Assembly: GCA_964609775.1 (NCBI GenBank)
Contig: CAZSSJ010000005.1
Span: 1 to 50,137 of the forward strand
Direction of reading: 5' to 3'
DNA from: an uncultured Gammaproteobacteria bacterium
GTDB lineage: Bacteria > Patescibacteriota > Microgenomatia > JAMCZE01
DNA length: 50,137 nt
A program made the position numbers and the translations under genes. Positions within the stretch are counted from its first letter, which is position 1; each line of letters starts with the position of its first letter. This document shows positions 44,481 through 50,137 of the stretch, piece by piece. The notes beneath the pieces were generated by a model that worked only from the letters and a program-made list of their open reading frames with translations, was not told the DNA's origin and did not search any database.

Positions 44481-45905
44481 TCAGTCGATAGTGCTGTGAA
44501 TAACTCCCAGTCCGTTTTCTTTCTTGTTTTTCATCGCCTGGTCCAACGCTTCCTGATTGAAAACCGGCAGGGAAAAACTAAATGTTGCCCCTTTCCCGTG
44601 ACCCTCCGACTCGGCCCACATCTTTCCGCCATGCAGATCAATGATCGCTTTGCTGATGTAAAGCCCCAACCCCGTTCCCTGCGAAGCCTTTTGATTGGTG
44701 ACATACGACTCCCGCACGAGCCCGAATTTTTGAAACAGTTTTGGCAGATCCTCGGGGGCAATTCCCTCTCCCGTGTCCTTAACGTGTGTGGTCACAAATC
44801 CGCCGGAAGTTTCATAGGAAAAAGTGATCGATCCATCCTTTGGGGTGAACTTGAGGGAATTGCCGATGATGTTGATGACCACCTCTTTCAGTTTGTCCGA
44901 ATCTCCCAAGACCGGTGGAAGAGGCTCCTGGGGGTTATAGCCATTAATAATTCGGATTCCGAGTTCATCGGCTCTTGGTTTCACTTCGGAAATGACCTCA
45001 TCAACAAACTGCTCCACCGAAAGTTTTGCCGGCTCCATCGACAATTTTCCCGACTCGATCCGGGAAACGTTCAGCAAGTCATTGACGAGTTTAATGAGCC
45101 GGTCCGTCGAGATATACGCCCGCTCCAGGTAATATTTCTGCTTGTCATTAATGTTTCCCCCTTTGCCGGCGAGAGCCATCCAGAGATAGGACTTAATCGC
45201 CGTCATCGGCGTCCGCAACTCATGCGAGGCAACGGATACGAACTCTGACTTGAGCGTGTCCAGTTCATGAAGCCGGTCGTTCGCCCGGGAAAGCTGAACC
45301 GTCGTGTCCTCCAGAGCGCTATACAGCCGCGAGTTCTGCACTGCCAAACCGACAATGTCTGTAAAGCCATTTATTAGCTCTTTTTCGACTTCAGAAACGT
45401 CTTTTTCCTCCTTTATCATGCTGAAAATCAATACACCAATTGATTTTTCTTTAACGATTACCGGGTAAATCATGCTGGTTTTAATTCCGGCTGCAGTTTG
45501 GTTTGCCACTGCTTGCTCAGAAGTGAGAATCGGAGTAAAAATGTCAGGCCAATAGTGAGTTACGTATGGTCTTTTTTCATTAAGAGTTTTGATGAGTAAA
45601 TTATCTTTAGCCGAGAGAGGAATCTTAATCTCTTGAAACGGGACAGCTGATGCTTGCTGAGCCTTAAGGGCCTCCTCCGTCTGAGATAATGATATTCTTC
45701 GTAACTCATTATTCGTCTCATCAACAAGCGTCAAAACAATTATTCGGTAACCCAATTGCAGATATCCCAACTCCGTAAGCAGCCCATCCACAATTCTTTG
45801 GACCACTTGTTTGAAATCGAGCGTGTCCAAAATCAATTTTTGCAGGTGCCATAGCGCCTTGATCGTATTTTTATCTTGAGGGGTTGTGGAATAATCGTCA
45901 GGCAT
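44481..45905 (-). CDS. GAF-domain sensor histidine kinase (no adjacent response regulator)
   Basis: 474 aa. H-box SVASHELRTPMTAI, N box IGNSLKFT, G boxes DTGEGI and GTGLGLYISK. The N-terminal half is GAF-like. Confidence 0.85.
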   Translation of the reverse strand: MPDDYSTTPQDKNTIKALWHLQKLILDTLDFKQVVQRIVDGLLTELGYLQLGYRIIVLTLVDETNNELRRISLSQTEEALKAQQASAVPFQEIKIPLSAKDNLLIKTLNEKRPYVTHYWPDIFTPILTSEQAVANQTAAGIKTSMIYPVIVKEKSIGVLIFSMIKEEKDVSEVEKELINGFTDIVGLAVQNSRLYSALEDTTVQLSRANDRLHELDTLKSEFVSVASHELRTPMTAIKSYLWMALAGKGGNINDKQKYYLERAYISTDRLIKLVNDLLNVSRIESGKLSMEPAKLSVEQFVDEVISEVKPRADELGIRIINGYNPQEPLPPVLGDSDKLKEVVINIIGNSLKFTPKDGSITFSYETSGGFVTTHVKDTGEGIAPEDLPKLFQKFGLVRESYVTNQKASQGTGLGLYISKAIIDLHGGKMWAESEGHGKGATFSFSLPVFNQEALDQAMKNKKENGLGVIHSTID

Positions 45906-45964
45906 TACTACAATAATACCTCATTTTACATTCAGGGTGCCCGGCTTCCCTAATAACATTTAAC

Positions 45965-46822
45965 TTAACGAAGACCAGAAACCTGGAGCAAATGCTCTCT
46001 CAAAAGCCGCGGGTCTTCTAAGTTGAGGGGGGAGTCGTACCATTTTCGCAGTGGGCCAACTTTTTCTTCTTGATGCTTAAAGTTGCCGCCCGCAGAAACA
46101 AAATTTGTCAAAAGTCTTCTCATTGTCTCCGGGTGGGTGTTCCCCGCACGAACCAAAGTGATTTCAAACATTTCTTCAGTTGCTTGATAATTAAATTGGA
46201 TAATTGGTTGCGAGCCAACTCTTTGTCGCATTAGGTGAATATTATTATAATTCCTGCTCTGTACAGCAATTACTTTTGCGCCAATCTGTTCCGCATAGTC
46301 ATGTGCGCCACTGTAGTTGAATTCTTCAGGGTCCCCATGAATGTTTGCCGATCGAACGCCAACATAGTGAATGTTGTGTCTCTCTCGAAGCCGTCTCATT
46401 AACTTATCGGATTCTGGAACCAAAAATGCCTGAATCTCTCCCAAAGAATTTACATGATACTCCCCGGCCAATTGCTTAGCAATGGTGGAAGCCGGAAACC
46501 TAATAAAACTTACTCCCTCTAAAGTATCTAGATGGCCTGCCTCAATCAAACTTTTGAGTTTTGGGTGAATGGTATCAAAATCTATCCAGCGCATCACTTG
46601 GCTATGCGTCATCACGAGCGAGACTGTAGCCAGCGGCTCAGTTTCCTTTCTGACCTGAGCAACCCGTTTTCTTAGAAACGGAAGGAAAGTCGTGCCGAAC
46701 GTTGCTCCATAATCAACAACCACTATTTCCCCTCCAGCAAGTGCATCAGCCGCAGTGTCAACGCCTCGGATACTGTCCAGATAAACAGTCTTTAATTTAT
46801 TTTTTCTCCCATTAACAAGCAT
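45965..46822 (-). CDS. Divergent YrdC/Sua5-like domain protein
   Basis: 285 aa. LAGGEIVVVDYGATFGTTF, FIRFPAS and VGVRSANIHGDPEE align by eye with the YrdC blocks GG.v..PTdTvYGL, vR.P and SAN.SG. Confidence 0.4.
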   Translation of the reverse strand: MLVNGRKNKLKTVYLDSIRGVDTAADALAGGEIVVVDYGATFGTTFLPFLRKRVAQVRKETEPLATVSLVMTHSQVMRWIDFDTIHPKLKSLIEAGHLDTLEGVSFIRFPASTIAKQLAGEYHVNSLGEIQAFLVPESDKLMRRLRERHNIHYVGVRSANIHGDPEEFNYSGAHDYAEQIGAKVIAVQSRNYNNIHLMRQRVGSQPIIQFNYQATEEMFEITLVRAGNTHPETMRRLLTNFVSAGGNFKHQEEKVGPLRKWYDSPLNLEDPRLLREHLLQVSGLR

Positions 46823-46861
46823 TCCGTTTACTTTTCACTCAGTTAGATATATATAATTAAT

Positions 46862-48016
46862 ATGATTGTATATCAAGCCACAATGGTTTTGAAGTTTAAT
46901 AGGTCCAACCCCTCTCAGGAGACGGACCCGTTTTTATCAGAGATTACTAATCAGTCAATACGCCCTCCCGGAGGAGATGTCTACATCGCTTCGTGCTACC
47001 AGGCCCTGCTCGATTTCTATACCCATGAAGAAAGGCTAAAGTCCTTAATCTCGCAAGTAAAAACTAAAAGAAGTATTACACCAGAGTACTTCGCTAATCT
47101 ACTCTTTCGTGCCATTCAGTTCATTGAAATAAACGAGTTTGCCAATCCTAGCTTCCCTCATAAATTGGCCAATTCGAAATCTTGGGCAAAAGAACTTGCC
47201 CACATTTTTGATCGGCGCCTTGACATGCTCACGGAAATTCTTTTAACAAGAAACACAACTACAACAAAATATCAACGCTACATTGGCACAAAAGCAATCC
47301 TCAACGCCCTTTTTCCAAATGAGAACTTGGTAGTAGCCGATTTTGGTTGCGGGGGGAACTATGGACTGCGAGGACTGTCTTTAAATCTTCCTTTTGAAGA
47401 ACTTGTCGATCATACCCCGGGCAAATTGATTGAAAAATTAGCCTCCCACCCTTTAACCCTAAAACTGGGTTGGGCAATTGATAGAGAGAACCCCGATGAC
47501 CCAGAAGTGATTTTGTGGCGCCGCGCCTGCCAATTCTATCCGAGTGAATTTGGCGAACTCCCAAAAGTCCTGGAATTCGAACGCCAGGTGGCTCTTGCAG
47601 ATAAGATCCTCTTTCAACAGTCGGACATTAGATCATGGTCCAATGGCCACGTGCCCACTCTAATCCCGAAAGCAAGCTGTGACGCAGTGATAATCAGTAC
47701 CACTCTCTATCAAATGCCCGCCGATCAAGAGGTCATCATCTATGCTGCCAGAAAAATTCTCAAAAAGCGCGGGGTCGTCATCGTTCAAGACTTTGCCCAA
47801 AAATCAAAGGACAAAAAACATGAACTAGAGTTTGTTAGCGATTGGTTCAAACCCTATTCCTACCGCACATTTATCTATTCTGAATCAACCCGTTGGCTGC
47901 CATGGGACGTTCTCCGGTGGAAAGGACCACGCTGCAGTGAAGTCAGGCCCGGAGAAGAATTTGAAAAATTTACAAGCATGTTCAAATTGCCAGGCCAGAG
48001 CGACATTAAAATTTAA
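46862..48016 (+). CDS. Hypothetical protein with SAM-methyltransferase-like motif I
   Basis: 384 aa. VVADFGCGGNYGLRG and later VIISTTLYQM, GVVIVQDF fit a class I methyltransferase fold. TTTACT-17-TATATA-6-ATG geometry upstream. Confidence 0.5.
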   Translation: MIVYQATMVLKFNRSNPSQETDPFLSEITNQSIRPPGGDVYIASCYQALLDFYTHEERLKSLISQVKTKRSITPEYFANLLFRAIQFIEINEFANPSFPHKLANSKSWAKELAHIFDRRLDMLTEILLTRNTTTTKYQRYIGTKAILNALFPNENLVVADFGCGGNYGLRGLSLNLPFEELVDHTPGKLIEKLASHPLTLKLGWAIDRENPDDPEVILWRRACQFYPSEFGELPKVLEFERQVALADKILFQQSDIRSWSNGHVPTLIPKASCDAVIISTTLYQMPADQEVIIYAARKILKKRGVVIVQDFAQKSKDKKHELEFVSDWFKPYSYRTFIYSESTRWLPWDVLRWKGPRCSEVRPGEEFEKFTSMFKLPGQSDIKI

Positions 48017-48486
48017 GAGGGGGGTAATTTAGAATATGATTACATTAACCAAAGCAAAAAAAGCCTTGGAAGCCGAACTGTTTCTATCTCGACACCCACT
48101 TCACCCGGTAATTCACCAGGTCGAGCAGTTACTTCTTTTACCATAATTGCGCCTGAATTTAGCTCTCCATTTCTCAGCATAAGAACAGAATATATCAGAC
48201 TTCTTTCTAAATTCAAGCATGTGGTGCGGACAGATCTTCAGAAACAGTTTTTGCCGCTTCGGATCGTGTCTCCAAAAGAATTGCTCGAAGAAATTGTTGG
48301 GAAAAACAGGAAACCGAAATGAGCACGCTAAGGGGCGCTGTGATGGGAGGAGCTTAATTTGAGGGTGGAAAAAGTTGACATGATGTGATACTCTAATCAG
48401 AGAAAAAATGATAGGGATTTTTTCAATTCGACAATCCTCCCTTTCCCTGATATACCTTGTTCCAGAGAAAAGTGACACCAAGCATA

Positions 48487-48510
48487 CCCCGCCCAAAAGC
48501 GGGGATTTTT
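48487..48510 (+). terminator. Rho-independent terminator
   Basis: CCCCGC-CCAAAA-GCGGGG followed by ATTTTT. Confidence 0.65.
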
Positions 48511-48680
48511 AAAGCTTATGGTAACTTCTGAACAGGATCATTCTACCCCTTCGGCTCTTCTTCCACGCGGCGGGGGTTTCGTTTAAACATCCAGTGACAG
48601 CTGAAGAAAGGCACTTTAATGCGCCGTGACGAGAAGAATTGAGCCTGTTTTTAGAAGAGGACGTGGGGGCAGAAGCAAGG

Positions 48681-48709
48681 TTGACAAAAAACCGAAAAGC
48701 CTGTAGTAT
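48681..48709 (+). promoter_or_regulatory. Sigma-70-type promoter, leaderless geometry
   Basis: TTGACA (48681-48686), 17 nt, TAGTAT (48704-48709), 6 nt, ATG 48716. Confidence 0.55.
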
Positions 48710-48715
48710 TATATT

Positions 48716-49084
48716 ATGGATAAAGAGCAGCGGGTTGCTGAAGGTGGGCTTGAACGGAAGGAGTTTAATGGGGGATGTCTTTTAATAGATGAAGAGAGAG
48801 AAAGATTAAACTCGATGTACAGTGAGGAGAGAAAGTTGTTTTGGTTTATGACTGCCTATGCTGCCATGCTTCCGGTGGTTGTGTACGGGCTTTCGATTGT
48901 CGCTTCTCGGCTCGGGGAAAACTCATCTTCGGAAGATGTCCTCAGACTGATTGGCGGGTTAGCTGTTTTGGCTATTTCGGTGATAGGAGCATGGGATAAG
49001 CATGAGCGGTGGGAAGCAAATGAGAGACAAATTCGAATCCTGTTGGGAACGGAGAGGATCGAAGAAATGCCTACAGGCACATAA
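48716..49084 (+). CDS. Small 2-TM membrane protein
   Basis: 122 aa. Charged N-region, two hydrophobic helices (FWFMTAYAAMLPVVVYGLSIV; LIGGLAVLAISVIGAW), then KHERWEANERQIRILL. Confidence 0.6.
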   Translation: MDKEQRVAEGGLERKEFNGGCLLIDEERERLNSMYSEERKLFWFMTAYAAMLPVVVYGLSIVASRLGENSSSEDVLRLIGGLAVLAISVIGAWDKHERWEANERQIRILLGTERIEEMPTGT

Positions 49085-49116
49085 TCTGGACGATTATGAT
49101 ACAGTTTGATTGAAAA

Positions 49117-50137
49117 ATGAGTCCTGATAAAGGTTTAACACGCAGAGGATTTTTTAGAGAGGCTGCAACTGTTGGTGCCGGAGCATTATTGGCAGGCGTG
49201 TTAGCCCGGTCAGCTCAGGCATCTTCGCCGGATACGGGAATTCATGGATTAGACCGTGAAGCTCAGGATATACCTACCCTGGCGAGGTTGGCAAGAGAGA
49301 ATGGAGCCCTTTTCGCACGGGTAACAAGGGAAGCGAAAGCGGTTTTGGAAGGTGGACGGAGTGATTATAGAGAAGTTATTGTTTTCAATCATTCGCAGGA
49401 AGGTGCCTTCGGGGGAGGTAGGATTAATCGTTTATCGGTATCTCGAGTTGCAGACGAAATTGCTTGGTATGTGAGGAATATTGAGGAAAATTGGCCCCTG
49501 AGGCGAATGTTTGAAGAAACCTCCGCTCGGGTTGTGCCGGTTCTGAAACGGTTTGACGACGAAACACTTCAACCGGGTGATTTTGTGGGAAATTCGGTTC
49601 CCAGTTTATTTCCTCGGCCAATGGCTGCCATTATTTTTGCGACGAAGTTCGAGGGGGGGCGTTATTCGACTTTTGGTGGGGGTTATGCCGGGAATATTCG
49701 GACAGGGGAGAAAGTGATTTTGTTTGGGCCGTATGATGATCAGGAGGTAATTCGGCTTTGTGGGGCAAAGGAGAGTTTTGGTCAGGTGTTAGTTCATGAG
49801 GCTTATGTTCATGGTTGGTTGCAACAGATGAGCGTTCCTTATTCGCACCTTTCTGGGGAGTACAATCGTGATCCTCAGATGATGCTTCTTCACAATGCTA
49901 TGGGATTTCATGAGTTTGTTGGTTGTCTAGCGAATGACGTGACAACTTACTTCCCGAATGAGCGGATAATGCTTTTTGCGGAGGTTTTGAAGACCAGGGG
50001 TGGTATGAAGACGGCAGATGTCGTTAAGGCGATGGCTAATCTTGCAGTTCATGGAGACCGAGGCGGGGCACTCACGAAATTGTATGAAGAAGATAGAGGC
50101 GATGATCATCTCCCATTTTCAAGATTAATGATGGATA
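49117..50137 (+). CDS. Tat-signal exported protein with HExxxH motif (3' end outside window)
   Basis: Hand-checked open frame from ATG 49117 to the window end (340 codons, no stop). Twin-arginine signal LTRRGFFREAATVGAGALLAG..AQA. VLVHEAYVHGW is a possible metal site. Confidence 0.65.
   Translation, partial: MSPDKGLTRRGFFREAATVGAGALLAGVLARSAQASSPDTGIHGLDREAQDIPTLARLARENGALFARVTREAKAVLEGGRSDYREVIVFNHSQEGAFGGGRINRLSVSRVADEIAWYVRNIEENWPLRRMFEETSARVVPVLKRFDDETLQPGDFVGNSVPSLFPRPMAAIIFATKFEGGRYSTFGGGYAGNIRTGEKVILFGPYDDQEVIRLCGAKESFGQVLVHEAYVHGWLQQMSVPYSHLSGEYNRDPQMMLLHNAMGFHEFVGCLANDVTTYFPNERIMLFAEVLKTRGGMKTADVVKAMANLAVHGDRGGALTKLYEEDRGDDHLPFSRLMMD

Noticed and set aside
48113-48496. 127-aa minus-strand ORF in the spacer after the methyltransferase-like gene
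   Set aside because: The composition is Phe/Arg/Cys/His-rich with no motif. Its start lies inside the plus-strand terminator hairpin, and it is antisense to the open in-frame extension on the plus strand.
1-50137. Alternative genetic code (UGA recoding, as in some candidate phyla)
   Set aside because: Well-conserved genes (ppsA, rpoD C-terminal part, mazE, the small coupled ORFs) terminate at TGA at the expected protein lengths. No conserved domain is interrupted by in-frame TGA.

Overview
Gene-dense bacterial chromosome segment with no rRNA, CRISPR array, transposase or integrase. The content suggests a Patescibacteria/CPR-like organism (inference): many small N-terminally membrane-anchored proteins of unknown function, a pseudopilin operon with long odd leader peptides, a 23S-rRNA-IVS-type four-helix-bundle gene, a short enolase, three type II TA loci and little Shine-Dalgarno use. 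Blocks in order: (1) msrA fragment, eno-ppsA, HD hydrolase, SET-domain protein, DEAD-box helicase. (2) 7.7-15.6 kb: exported or membrane-anchored hypotheticals, including a PsbP/DcrB-like paralog trio and a 586-aa glycine-rich protein. (3) mazEF and a DUF4143 ATPase. (4) 18.0-30.3 kb: one minus-strand metal (copper) homeostasis cluster with a DUF1573/CcdA-like/Cys-motif trio, OmpR-type RR plus HK, a DUF2933-like peptide, two P1B ATPases, an HMA-permease-cupredoxin fusion, CopZ and small membrane peptides. (5) tRNA-Asn, uppP, a frameshifted rpoD, a RelE/RHH TA pair, dnaG, tRNA-Ser. (6) HD protein, RHH plus decayed RelE, a UDG-family glycosylase, an Rpf-like transglycosylase, Nudix. (7) 38.7-44.1 kb: type IV pilin/pseudopilin operon including a 690-aa LVIVD beta-propeller pseudopilin, preceded by a four-helix-bundle gene and a GAF histidine kinase. 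(8) A divergent YrdC-like / methyltransferase-like pair, a degraded about 700-nt spacer, then a 2-TM protein and a Tat-signal HExxxH protein running off the window. The signals I rate highest: 28-nt tandem heptanucleotide arrays inside the leader-peptide coding region of every minor pseudopilin gene; a recurrent -35/17/-10/6/start-codon geometry implying leaderless mRNAs; the unusual thiol/metal module heading the copper cluster; and several frameshifted genes, rpoD included. All functional calls come from motif recognition by eye. No database search was run.
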